Assembly: GCA_042408925.1 (NCBI GenBank) | Contig: JBHOQO010000139.1 | Span: forward strand, 3,655-67,654 | Direction of reading: 5' to 3' | DNA: 64,000 nucleotides | DNA from: Chloroflexota bacterium | Lineage (GTDB): Bacteria > Chloroflexota > Limnocylindria > Limnocylindrales > CSP1-4 | Shown here: positions 19,709-28,579 of the stretch, one piece after another | Numbering within the stretch: position 1 is the stretch's first letter | Layout: each line of letters starts with the position of its first letter | The notes under the pieces: model-generated | The model's database searches: none | Seen by the model: the letters and a program-made list of their open reading frames with translations, nothing else | Told to the model about the DNA's origin: nothing | Made by a program: the position numbers and the translations under genes

Positions 19709-21850
19709 TCAGGCCTCGATGAGGGCGATGAGGTCGCCCCGGGCGAGCTGGTCGCCGCGCCCCACGGCCAAGTCGACGACCCGGCCCGGCCCCGGAGCGG
19801 CGACGACGTGCTCCATCTTCATCGCCTCGAGGGTGACGATCGGGTCGCCGGCTTCGACGTGGTCCCCGACCGCGACGTGGACGACGCCGACGAGGCCCGG
19901 CATCGGCGCCTCCACGACCTGGGCGCCGCCGGCGTGGCCGCGCTCGGCCGTCCGGACCGCGGCCTCGACGTCGGGCGGTGGGGCGAGCCGGAAGGCGACC
20001 GAGCGGCCCGCAACGTCGACGTGGGCAACGAGTCCGTCGACGGCCGCGGCCGGGAGGGGCTCGCCCGCCACCGAGCGGTCGTCGGCCCCTCCACCCTCCG
20101 GGTCGAGGAGGACCGTTCGAGCGGTCCCGTCCTCGGCGACGAGTCGCAGGGACGCTCCGAACGGTCGCCAGCCGCCGCCCCACGGGTCGCCGCGCCGGGC
20201 TGCCTCGGCCTCGAGCGCGCCCCGCAGGGCCTCGCCGGCCGCCCGCCAGACCGCCTCGGCCTCGCCGGCCCTTCGAACCCGTTCGGCCCAGTCGTCCGGC
20301 GGCCAGATGGCGGCGAGCGTGTCGGTTCGGGCCAGCCCCTCGCGGACGACCGGCTGCCGAACGAGCCACCGGAGGAAGCGGAGGTTCGTGACGAGCCCGA
20401 GGAGGCGGGTCGCCTCGAGGGCCGCCGCCAGCCGATCGAGGGCGGCCTCGCGGTCGGGGCCGTGGGCGGCGATCTTGGCGAGGAGCGGGTCGAACCGTCC
20501 GCCCACGACCGAGCCGACCTCGACGCCCGCGTCGACCCGTATCCCCGGCCCCTCCGGCCAGGCGAGGTCGAGAATGCGACCCGTCGCCGGCAGGAAGCCC
20601 GCCTCGGCGTCCTCGGCGTAGAGGCGGACCTCGACGGCATGGCCGCCGGCCTCGAAGGCCCGAAGGACGTCGCCCTGGTCGAGCCCGAGCGGCTCGCCGG
20701 CGGCGACCCGGAGCTGGTCGGCGACGAGGTCGCGACCCGTGACCGCCTCGGTGACGGGGTGCTCGACCTGGAGGCGGGTGTTCATCTCGAGGAAGACGAA
20801 CCGGTTCGTCTCGTCGAGGAGGAACTCGCACGTTCCGGCTCCGACGTAGCCGACGGCCGACGCAAGCCGGAGGGCCGCCTCGCCGAGGGCCGCCCGCAGC
20901 TCCGGGGTCAGCCGCGGCGCCGGCGCCTCTTCGAGGATCTTCTGGTGGCGCCGCTGGAGCGAGCAGTCGCGCTCGCCCAGGTGGACGCCCCGACCGTGGG
21001 CATCGAAGAGGACCTGAACCTCGACGTGGCGAGGGTGCTCGAGGTAGCGCTCGAGGAGGAGGCGGTCGTCTCCGAAGGCCGCCCGGGCCTCCCGACGGGC
21101 CGCGGCGAGGACCGCTCCGAGACCCTCGAGGCTCCGGACGACCCGCATCCCCTTGCCGCCGCCGCCGGCCGCCGGCTTGACGATGAGCGGAGGGCCGAGT
21201 CGCTCGGCCGCGGCGAGGAGCGAGGCGTCGGATTGGTCGGCGGGGGCGTCGCCCTCGGCGACCGGGATTCCGAGGCGGCGGGCGAGCTCGCGGGCGCGGG
21301 CCTTGTCGCCCATCGCCTCGATCGCCTCGGGCGGCGGGCCGACCCAGCGGATCCCGGCGGCGAGGACGCGGCGGGCGAAGTCGGGATTCTCGGCGAGGAA
21401 GCCGTAGCCGGGGTGGAGGGCGTCGGCGCCGGCGGCGAGGGCGGCAACAACGACCTCCTCGGGGTCGAGGAGGTCGAGAGGTTCGGGCGATGCGGACGCG
21501 GGCAGGGCCGGCCGGCCGTCGTCGACGAGGGGAAGCACGGCTTCGATCCCGAGGCGGTGGCAGGTTCGGGCGATCCGGGCCGCGATCTCGCCCCGGTTCG
21601 CGACGAAGCAGCGGCGGATCGGGCGGGCGGGTGCCGTGGCCGTCGTCTGTGCGGCCCCACGAGCGGTCGATCCCGCAGCGCCGAGCGCGGCGAGGGCGGC
21701 GACGGGCACCCGCCACCGACCGCCGACCCGCCGGGCCGGGAGGCGGCCGGCAGCGATCCAGCGCTGGACGGTTCGGGTGCTCGTCCCCAGGCGGCGCGCC
21801 GCTTCGGACGGCGAGCACTCGAACCGATCGTCAGCCGGTCGCGCGGTCAT
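19709..21850 (-). CDS. Methylcrotonyl-CoA (acyl-CoA) carboxylase alpha subunit: biotin carboxylase plus BCCP, with an N-terminal excisionase/MerR-type HTH extension
   Basis: Biotin-carboxylase motifs: IRRCFVANRGEIAARI, the ATP-grasp fold, and C-terminal BCCP EAMKMEH. The first roughly 45 aa (RRLGTSTRTVQRWIAAGRLPARRVGGRWRVP) match HTH_17/excisionase-type DNA-binding helices. They sit in the same frame as the carboxylase with no intervening stop. Confidence 0.75.
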   Translation of the reverse strand: MTARPADDRFECSPSEAARRLGTSTRTVQRWIAAGRLPARRVGGRWRVPVAALAALGAAGSTARGAAQTTATAPARPIRRCFVANRGEIAARIARTCHRLGIEAVLPLVDDGRPALPASASPEPLDLLDPEEVVVAALAAGADALHPGYGFLAENPDFARRVLAAGIRWVGPPPEAIEAMGDKARARELARRLGIPVAEGDAPADQSDASLLAAAERLGPPLIVKPAAGGGGKGMRVVRSLEGLGAVLAAARREARAAFGDDRLLLERYLEHPRHVEVQVLFDAHGRGVHLGERDCSLQRRHQKILEEAPAPRLTPELRAALGEAALRLASAVGYVGAGTCEFLLDETNRFVFLEMNTRLQVEHPVTEAVTGRDLVADQLRVAAGEPLGLDQGDVLRAFEAGGHAVEVRLYAEDAEAGFLPATGRILDLAWPEGPGIRVDAGVEVGSVVGGRFDPLLAKIAAHGPDREAALDRLAAALEATRLLGLVTNLRFLRWLVRQPVVREGLARTDTLAAIWPPDDWAERVRRAGEAEAVWRAAGEALRGALEAEAARRGDPWGGGWRPFGASLRLVAEDGTARTVLLDPEGGGADDRSVAGEPLPAAAVDGLVAHVDVAGRSVAFRLAPPPDVEAAVRTAERGHAGGAQVVEAPMPGLVGVVHVAVGDHVEAGDPIVTLEAMKMEHVVAAPGPGRVVDLAVGRGDQLARGDLIALIEA

Positions 21851-22027
21851 GATCGCGACCCGGAGCCTGCCGGCGGCCCGATCACGCGCGTCATTCCGGG
21901 CTCCGTCGCTCGCTGCGCCGCCGCCGCCGGCTGGGGCACCAACGCTGGCTGCCGCTCGGTCATGGCTGTCGCGATTGTCGCGTTTGACGCGCCCGCTCGC
22001 AAGCCCGGCCGACGCTTCGAGCGAGGG

Positions 22028-22924
22028 TCAGTCGGTCGGCGCGCCGTCGTCGGGCGCCCAGCTCGGGCGGCGACGATCGAGGAACGCCCGGATCCCCTCC
22101 CGCGCCTCGGCGCTCGCCCGCTGCCGGGCGAGGACCCGGGCCGTGTGCCAGCGGGCCGAGCCGTAGGAGAGCCCGCGGACCTCCCTGACGATCGCCTTCG
22201 CCGCCCGGACGGCCGTGGGCCCGCCGGCCAGGATGTCGGCGACGACGGCGTCGACGGCCGTGTCGAGGGCCGCCGCTCCCTCGACGACCTCGTGGACGAG
22301 GCCGATCCGCTGGGCGCGGAGGGCATCGAAGCGCCGCCCGGTGACGAAGAGGGCTCGGGCCTCGCTCTCGCCGAGCTTGGCGACGACGAACGGCGCGATG
22401 ACAGCCGGCAGCAGCCCGAGCCGGACCTCGCTGAACCCGAACCGCGTCCCGCTCTCGGCGACGACGACGTCGGCGACGGCGCAGAGGCCGACGCCGCCCC
22501 CGAGGGCCGCGCCGTGGACCCGCGCCACGACCGGCACCGGGCAGGCGTCGATCGCCTCGAACATTTCGGCGATGGCGAGGGCGTCCTGCTCGTTCGCCTC
22601 GAGGTCGAGCTCGGCCGCCGCGAGCATCCCGCGGAGGTCGGCTCCCGCCGAGAAGACCGGGCCGTCGGCGGCGAGGACGACGGCCCGCAGCTCGCTCGGC
22701 GCCTCGCGGGCCAGGGCCGCGAAGGTGGACCGAAGGGCCCCGACGAGCTCGGCGTCGAAGGCGTTCCGGGTCTCGGGGCGGGCGAGGACGACCCGGGCGA
22801 CGCTGCCGCGGGGGCCGGTCCGCTCGACGCGAAGGGCAGGGCTCACCGCCCGGATCGTATCAGCCACGGGTCGGCCGCTCGGTGCCGTGCCGGCCCCTCG
22901 GTGCCGTGCCGGCCCCTCGGCCAT
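22028..22924 (-). CDS. Enoyl-CoA hydratase/isomerase (probable methylglutaconyl-CoA hydratase)
   Basis: Crotonase fold motifs: VVLARPETRNAF, AVVLAADGPVFSAGADL, HGAALGGGVGLCAVADVVVA and FGFSEVRLGLLP. The start is uncertain (ATG at about 22924 or GTG at about 22846). Confidence 0.7.
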   Translation of the reverse strand: MAEGPARHRGAGTAPSGRPVADTIRAVSPALRVERTGPRGSVARVVLARPETRNAFDAELVGALRSTFAALAREAPSELRAVVLAADGPVFSAGADLRGMLAAAELDLEANEQDALAIAEMFEAIDACPVPVVARVHGAALGGGVGLCAVADVVVAESGTRFGFSEVRLGLLPAVIAPFVVAKLGESEARALFVTGRRFDALRAQRIGLVHEVVEGAAALDTAVDAVVADILAGGPTAVRAAKAIVREVRGLSYGSARWHTARVLARQRASAEAREGIRAFLDRRRPSWAPDDGAPTD

Positions 22925-23129
22925 CGGTCCGGTGCCGTTTCTTCGGCCTTCGGCGCCGTGCCGGCTTGTCGGCGTTCCGGAGACGCGGCGATCCTCGTCG
23001 GGGTCGCCGGCCGTGCGGGCGCACACCGTTCCGAGAGCGCCGGCGCTGGTGACGCGCACCGACCGTGACGACTCCCGTCGTGGCCGGCCCCGGTGGACAC
23101 CGTTCCCAGAGCACCACCGTGCGGATGAC

Positions 23130-23147
23130 TGGACTTAGCTAAGTCCA
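23130..23147. promoter_or_regulatory. Perfect 18-bp palindrome TGGACTTAG|CTAAGTCCA, 19 bp upstream of the phd start; candidate TA autoregulatory operator
   Basis: Read directly at 23129-23148: 'ctggacttagctaagtccat'. Confidence 0.55.
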
Positions 23148-23165
23148 TCAGCTACGCTCCCACGC

Positions 23166-23399
23166 ATGCAGGTGAACATCCACGAAGCGAAGACGCACCT
23201 CTCACGGCTCGTCGATCGAGCGGCCGCCGGCGAGGACATCGTGATCGCCAGAGCCGGCCGGCCGGTCGCCCGCCTCGTCCGCTTCGAGCCGCCGCGTGAG
23301 GCCCGACGCCTCGGTATCTGGCGGGGTCAGGTCCGGATCGGCCCCGACTTCGACGCCGTCGATGACGCCCTCGCCGACCTCTTCGAAGGCGAGCGGTGA
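23166..23399 (+). CDS. Type II antitoxin, Phd/YefM family
   Basis: MQVNIHEAKTHLSRLVDRAAAGEDIVIARAGRPVARLV is a canonical Phd/YefM N-terminus. Its stop overlaps the toxin's GTG start (GTGA). Confidence 0.8.
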   Translation: MQVNIHEAKTHLSRLVDRAAAGEDIVIARAGRPVARLVRFEPPREARRLGIWRGQVRIGPDFDAVDDALADLFEGER

Positions 23400-23773
23400 G
23401 GCTCCTCCTCGACACGCACGCGTTTCTCTGGGCACTCGCCCTGCCGGATGAACTGCGACTCGAGGCGAGACGGGCGATCGAGGATCCCCGGAACGACGTC
23501 TTCGTCAGTGCCGCATCTGCCTGGGAGATCGCGATCAAGCGCGCCCTCGGACGCCTGGAGGCGCCCGACGATCTCGGTGATGCCATCGGAGCGGTCGGCT
23601 TCGTCGAGCTGCCGATCACGATCGGGCACGCGCTCGCCGTCGAGCGGCTGGCCCGCCACCATCGCGATCCCTTCGACCGGATGCTCATCGCCCAGGCCCT
23701 CGTCGAGGGCTTGATCATCGTCACCCGCGACGCTCGCTTCGAGCCGTACGGCGTGCCCGTCCTCCGTGCTTGA
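23396..23773 (+). CDS. vapC: Type II toxin VapC (PIN domain ribonuclease)
   Basis: MRLLLDTHAFLWAL..., with acidic residues in PIN positions (D6, E, D near the C-terminus: IVTRDARF). Confidence 0.8.
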   Translation: MRLLLDTHAFLWALALPDELRLEARRAIEDPRNDVFVSAASAWEIAIKRALGRLEAPDDLGDAIGAVGFVELPITIGHALAVERLARHHRDPFDRMLIAQALVEGLIIVTRDARFEPYGVPVLRA

Positions 23774-23821
23774 CGCGCCGGCTCGGCCGCGTGGCGCTGG
23801 CGCGGCGGGGGAGTTGGCTTT

Positions 23822-24000
23822 GTGCCCTCGGATGTTCGGCCGCGCTGCGGCGGCCCGCCCGAGTCGTTCGGCTACGGCTGCGCCCGTGGGTATCCCCTGC
23901 GAGTCGCGGCCGCCCGCCGGAGCCGGTCCATGACCGCCCGCCCGAGTCGTTCGGCTATGGCTGCCCCGGTGGGTGCCCCCTCCGAGCGGCGGCCGCCCGC
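23822..24000. repeat. Tandem duplication (about 90 bp x2) that copies the last roughly 24 codons plus stop region of tsaC/sua5
   Basis: Units at about 23822-23911 and about 23912-24000 are nearly identical: 'gcccgagtcgttcggcta[c/t]ggctgc[g/c]cc[c/g]gtgggt[at/gc]cccct[gc/c]gag[t/c][c/g]gcggccgcccgccggagccggtccatgaccgcccgcccgag'. The reverse complement encodes LGRAVMDRLRRAAA(A/T)RRG(H/Y)P. Confidence 0.7.
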
Positions 24001-25007
24001 CGGAGCCGGTCCATGACCGCCCGCCCGAGGCCGACCTCGGGGACGGGCTGGGCGACGATCCGATCGAGCTCGGCCGCGTCGAGGGCGTGGAGGGCGACGA
24101 AGAGGCGAGCTGCCGCCTCGACTGGGTCGCCGGTCGGGCTCAGGACTTCGACGGCGACGAAGGGACCGCCGACGGCCTCGGCGATGCGCCGTCCTTCGGC
24201 GTCGGCGGCGAGGAGGCCGAGTCGCTCGCCGGGCTTCGCCCGCGGCGTCGCGTCGGGCGCGAGCAGGACCAGCGTCGCCCGCGGGGCATAGTGGCCCGCT
24301 GCCCGGCCGGGGGAGAGGGATCGGGCCTCGTGCTCGGGCGGGATCTCGACCGGGCCGACGACCGCTTCGAGTGCCTCGAGGGGCGTGCCGCCCGGCCGGA
24401 GGAGGACGGCCCGGTTGGGGGCGAGGAGGAGGACGGTCGATTCGACGCCGATCCGGCATGGCCCGCCGTCGAGGATGAGGCCGACCCGGCCGTCGAGCTG
24501 GCGGGCGACGTGCTCGGCCCGGGTCGGGCTGACCCGGCCGAAGCGGTTCGCCGAGGGGGCGGCAATCGGGACGCCGGCGGCCCGGATGAGGGCGAGGGCC
24601 ACCGGGTGGTCGGGGATCCGGACCCCGACGGTCTCCAGGCCGGCGGTCACGACGCCCGGCACGACCCTCCGCTTCGGAACGACGAGGGTGAGGGGGCCCG
24701 GCCAGAAGCGCTGGGCGAGGGCTCGAAGGCGGGGGTCGGCGAGGGCTTCGGGCCGGACGACGGTTGCGAGGTCGGCGGGCTCGGCGAGGTGGACGATGAG
24801 GGGATCGAAGGCGGGGCGTTCCTTGATCTCGAAGATCCGGGCTGCGGCGAGCGGGTCGAGGGCGTTCGCCCCGAGACCGTAGACGGTCTCGGTCGGGAAG
24901 GCGACCGGCTCGCCGGCCCGGATCCTGGCGGCCGCCTCGGCGATCGCCGCGGGGTCGTCGCCGGGCAGGATCCGGGGTCGGGTCGAGGCGGGCTCGTCGG
25001 TCGTCAC
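23955..25007 (-). CDS. tsaC: L-threonylcarbamoyladenylate synthase (YrdC domain plus Sua5 C-terminal domain)
   Basis: YrdC motifs VAFPTETVYGLGANAL, IFEIKERPAFDPLIVH and SANRFG; the Sua5 C-terminal domain follows. Confidence 0.8.
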   Translation of the reverse strand: MTTDEPASTRPRILPGDDPAAIAEAAARIRAGEPVAFPTETVYGLGANALDPLAAARIFEIKERPAFDPLIVHLAEPADLATVVRPEALADPRLRALAQRFWPGPLTLVVPKRRVVPGVVTAGLETVGVRIPDHPVALALIRAAGVPIAAPSANRFGRVSPTRAEHVARQLDGRVGLILDGGPCRIGVESTVLLLAPNRAVLLRPGGTPLEALEAVVGPVEIPPEHEARSLSPGRAAGHYAPRATLVLLAPDATPRAKPGERLGLLAADAEGRRIAEAVGGPFVAVEVLSPTGDPVEAAARLFVALHALDAAELDRIVAQPVPEVGLGRAVMDRLRRAAAARRGHPPGQP

Positions 25008-25084
25008 GGCCCGAGTCTACGGTCGGGTCCGGGGTCGGCGGCGGACTCGGCGATCGTCGCCCTCGGACGGCCGAGCTCGCCGCT

Positions 25085-25540
25085 CCATCCCCGTGACGGC
25101 TTCCTGGACATCTGCGGACTCGGCCTTGCGCGGGTGTCGAGCGCGACGGCCTGGCTGGACATCTCACCTCGGTCGGGCCCTTCGGTGCGCGCCATGACGG
25201 CCTGACTTGACATTTGGTGGTGCCGTCTCGCTCGGCTGCTGCGCGTGACGGCCTGGCTGGACATCTCACCTCGGTCGGGCCCTTCGGTGCGCGCCGTGAC
25301 GGCCTGACTTGACATTTGGTGGTGCCTGCGGGCCTACGAGCGTGAACTGTCCAGCTACGGCGTCACGGCCGGCACCGGGCCGGTCCGAATGCGTGAACTG
25401 TCCAGCTACGGCGTCACGGCCGGGCTGCCCGAGCCCCTGAGCTGCGAACTGTCCAGCTACGGCGTCACGGCCGGGCTGCCCGAGCCCCTGAGCTGCGAAC
25501 TGTCCAGCTACGGCGTCACGGCCAGGACCTGACACGACCC
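25085..25540. repeat. Intergenic repeat cluster with about 9 copies of the same roughly 22-bp motif family seen at 7.6 kb (GTGACGGC-TGGCTGGACATCT and inverted GAACTGTCCAGCTACGGCGTCACGGCC), spaced about 51-52 bp apart
   Basis: Direct copies near 25092, 25141, 25194, 25245 and 25297; inverted copies near 25350, 25393, 25445 and 25497. Two larger roughly 105-bp units are duplicated (25137-25240 and 25243-25345). Confidence 0.75.
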
Positions 25541-25552
25541 CACGAACGAGCC

Positions 25553-26893
25553 TCAGCGCCTCGTGCCGCCCTCGCTCGTGCCCGTCAACTGGACCAGGCG
25601 TCGCTCGGCGATCCGAACGAGCCCGGAGGCCACGAGCCGATCGGCCCCAAGGACGCCGGCCCGGGCGAGCCCACCAGACGGTCGCCCACGCCCGAGCCAG
25701 CCGACCGCCGCCACGAGGTCGCAATCGAGCCCGGCCGCCAGCTCGGCGGCTCGGTGGATCAGGGCGGCTGAGATCGCCTCGGTCCCGCCCGGGGCCCCGG
25801 CCCCATCCTCGACCACGGCAAGGTGCCGAACGAGGCCGACCCGCCGCCGGGCGACGACGAGGGCTGCCCCGATCACCTCGCTGCCCGCGAGGGCGAGGAG
25901 GGCGGCGTGGCCGGGCAGATCGGGCAGCGCACGGAAGATCGCGCCGAGCGGGCCGGAGCCGCTCGACCTCCCGGCGAGGAGCGCACCGACGACCGCCGCA
26001 TCGTCGCGATCGGCCTCCCGGACGAGGACACGGCGAGCATCGATCTCGGGCGGGCGCTGAACCCGCTCGGGCTCGACGGCGAAGACCCCGAGCCGCCCGA
26101 CCGAGCGGGTCGCCGGCCGCGGCACGCCCTCCGGCAGCCCCTCCCGAGGGAGCGGCAACCAGCCGACCGAGCCGACCCGCCGGAACGTGCCGACGACCCG
26201 CTCGATGAGATGCGGAACCGTCCGGAGCCCGTCGACCCAGTTGAATGCCGGCCCCAGGAGCCGCGTCGAGGCGCCGATCGCCAGCTCACCGTCGTCGACG
26301 ATCTCGACGGGCCAGCCGAGTCGGGCCGCCGCCCGCCAGCGCTCCCGGTCGGCGAAGCGCTCGGCCGTCTCGATACGATCGAGAAGGAGGTGAACGGGCG
26401 CGTCGCTGTCGGAGCGCGGCGGTAGGACCCGGATCGGATCGCCCGGTCGAACCGGCCCTTCGACGAGGACCCGCGCATAGACCCGAGCGTCGGCGGGGTG
26501 GAGCTCGGCCGAGATCCGGGCGAAGCGACCGTCGGCGAAGGAGCCGGCGATCGTCTTGCAGGGGGTGACCGGCTTGCTCAGCTCCAGGACCAGGCGCTCG
26601 CCGACGGCGAGCCGGGTCCCGGGCGCGAGGAGCCCGAGCTCGATCCCTTCCGTCGTGAGGTTCTCGCCGCAGCTCCCGGGGACGATCGGGTGGCCCTCGG
26701 CGGCGACTCGGCGGATCGCCTCGACGGCGAAGAGGCAGACGGCCCGCAGCGGCCCCCCGTGCTCGGTCGGCTCGGCGTGGCCGTCGCCGACGAGCCCGAG
26801 CCGCCCGACCCAGGCCTCGGCGACGGGCCGTTTCGGCACGCCGCCCGGCGAGACATTGACCTGGAGGACCCGGCCGGTGGGTTCGTCAGCCAT
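25553..26893 (-). CDS. MOSC-domain protein (YiiM-like) with a long C-terminal region of unclear function
   Basis: The N-terminal roughly 160 aa fit MOSC: VLQVNVSPGG...GDGHAEPTEHGGPLRAVCLFAVE...GENLTTEG...LELSKPVTPCKTI. The C-terminal half has no family I can name with confidence. Confidence 0.55.
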   Translation of the reverse strand: MADEPTGRVLQVNVSPGGVPKRPVAEAWVGRLGLVGDGHAEPTEHGGPLRAVCLFAVEAIRRVAAEGHPIVPGSCGENLTTEGIELGLLAPGTRLAVGERLVLELSKPVTPCKTIAGSFADGRFARISAELHPADARVYARVLVEGPVRPGDPIRVLPPRSDSDAPVHLLLDRIETAERFADRERWRAAARLGWPVEIVDDGELAIGASTRLLGPAFNWVDGLRTVPHLIERVVGTFRRVGSVGWLPLPREGLPEGVPRPATRSVGRLGVFAVEPERVQRPPEIDARRVLVREADRDDAAVVGALLAGRSSGSGPLGAIFRALPDLPGHAALLALAGSEVIGAALVVARRRVGLVRHLAVVEDGAGAPGGTEAISAALIHRAAELAAGLDCDLVAAVGWLGRGRPSGGLARAGVLGADRLVASGLVRIAERRLVQLTGTSEGGTRR

Positions 26894-27063
26894 GCGCCGA
26901 GCATACGGAGCAAACGGGCGCCGTGCCCGACCGGGGTGGTCGGCTGCCTGCTCCTGCTATCGTCGATGGGACTTCGGCCCGGAAGGAGGAGGACGGTCTC
27001 GCGGATGGCACCGAACGGAGCGTCATCGAGCGCCAGCAACCGGCCGTGCGCCGACCGGCGGCG

Positions 27064-27870
27064 ATGATCACCGGCATCGACCACCTCGTCATCGCCGTCG
27101 GCGATCTCGATGAAGCGGCCGCAGCCGTCGCCCGGAGTGTCGGCCTGGCGGTCGTGCCGGGCGGTACACATCCCGACCACGGGACGGCGAACCGCCTCGT
27201 CTGGCTCGGCGACACGTACCTCGAGCTCGTCGCGGTCGTCGATCCCGACCGAGCCTGGCACTCCTGGTTCGGTCGCCTCGTCCTCGACCGGCTCGCGGCG
27301 GGTGGCGGTCTGGCGGCCCTCTGCCTCGCTTCGGATGACCTGGCCGCCGACATCGCCGCGGCCCGCGGACGGGGCGTCGACGTCGCCGGTCCGTTCCCGG
27401 GGGAGCGGCGTCGCCCGGACGGACGGGTCGTCCGCTGGCGGCTGGCACTCCCCGACCCTCTCGGGGTCGATGCCGCGCCCTTTCTCATCGAGCACGATCC
27501 GACGGCCGCCGAGTGGACGTCGATCGAGCGAGCCGAGCGGGCCGCGTTCGTCCACCCGGTCGGGGGGCCGGTTCGCCTCGAGCTCGTGGAGCTCCCGCTC
27601 GGTGACGTCCGACGAACCCAGGACCGCTACCTCCGGACGTGGGGCCTCCTCGCCCGCCCGTCGCTGGCGGGAGGAGGGGCACGGGATGTCAGCGTCGGCC
27701 GGCAGATCATCCGGCTCCGCCGTCGGGTCGGGGCCGAGTCGGAGCTGCCGACCGTCGGTCTCGCCGCACTGGCGCCACCGGGCTGGTCCCGAGCCGGTCA
27801 GCTACCCGGCACCGACGCTGCCGAGGTCCTCAGCCTCGAGTTCCGGTGGCGGCCGGCGGGCAGCGCCTGA
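27064..27870 (+). CDS. VOC-family (glyoxalase/bleomycin-resistance/dioxygenase fold) protein
   Basis: MITGIDHLVIAVGDLDEAAAAVARSVGLAVVPGGTHPDHGTANRLVWLGDTYLELVAVV shows the paired beta-alpha-beta-beta-beta module pattern typical of VOC proteins. I trimmed the start to the internal ATG. Confidence 0.55.
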   Translation: MITGIDHLVIAVGDLDEAAAAVARSVGLAVVPGGTHPDHGTANRLVWLGDTYLELVAVVDPDRAWHSWFGRLVLDRLAAGGGLAALCLASDDLAADIAAARGRGVDVAGPFPGERRRPDGRVVRWRLALPDPLGVDAAPFLIEHDPTAAEWTSIERAERAAFVHPVGGPVRLELVELPLGDVRRTQDRYLRTWGLLARPSLAGGGARDVSVGRQIIRLRRRVGAESELPTVGLAALAPPGWSRAGQLPGTDAAEVLSLEFRWRPAGSA

Positions 27871-27872
27871 CT

Positions 27873-28475
27873 TCAGCCCTCGACCCGCAGCTCGGCCAGG
27901 ACGAGGAGGTGGTAGCGGGGGCCGTCGCAGCCGTTCCCGAGGTAGCCGTCGGCGGTCGCGGAGAGCCGCCAGCTGCCGGGCGGGAGGCGGAGGAGCGGGT
28001 CGGCGAAGAAGGCCCGGTACCAGGCGGCGTTCGGGTCGTCGTTCGAGAAGCCGCCGGACTTTCGGTAGGGGACGACGACCGGGACGCCGCGCTCGAGGGT
28101 CCGGGGCACGCAGTCGGCCGTCGCCGCGCCCAGGAGCCGGATCGGGCCCTCCACCTGCTCGAGGCCGAAGAGGACGAGCCCCGAACCGGAACCGGAGACC
28201 TCGATGCGGTCCGCGGGGCCGAGATACGTCAGGCTCGCCTCCGCCTCGATCGGTTCGCCCGCCGCCCACGTCAGCCGCGGGAGGCGAAGGACGAGCTCCA
28301 ACCGGGCGTCGCGCGCCCGCGCTTCGACCGGGGCGGTGCCGTCCTCGGGGGCCCCGCTGGGGTTCTGGCTCGGACGAGCATCGCCGCAGGCGGCGCCGAG
28401 GAGGACGAGGCCGAGGGCGACGCCGAGGAGGCCGGCGCCGCGGGCCGCGGGCAACTGCAGGTTCGAAGGAGCCAT
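27873..28475 (-). CDS. Putative lipoprotein (signal peptide plus lipobox LLGAAC)
   Basis: MAPSNLQLPAARGAGLLGVALGLVLLGAACGD is followed by a roughly 160-aa domain of unknown function. I trimmed the start to the ATG at about 28473-28475. Confidence 0.5.
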   Translation of the reverse strand: MAPSNLQLPAARGAGLLGVALGLVLLGAACGDARPSQNPSGAPEDGTAPVEARARDARLELVLRLPRLTWAAGEPIEAEASLTYLGPADRIEVSGSGSGLVLFGLEQVEGPIRLLGAATADCVPRTLERGVPVVVPYRKSGGFSNDDPNAAWYRAFFADPLLRLPPGSWRLSATADGYLGNGCDGPRYHLLVLAELRVEG

Positions 28476-28504
28476 CGACCCTCCGACGACCTCGTCCCGC
28501 CGCG

Positions 28505-28523
28505 GGTTCCCGCAACCCGCCCG
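28505..28523. promoter_or_regulatory. GC hairpin / inverted repeat GCGGGTT-CCCGC-AACCCGC between the lipoprotein gene and the AbrB-type antitoxin gene
   Basis: Read directly: 'gcgggttcccgcaacccgc' (7-bp stem, 5-nt loop). It could be an operator or a structural element. Confidence 0.35.
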
Positions 28524-28579
28524 CCGAAAGGCAGCCCGGCACCACGGCTGGTGGATGGTCTCGTGGTATGTTCCGTGGC

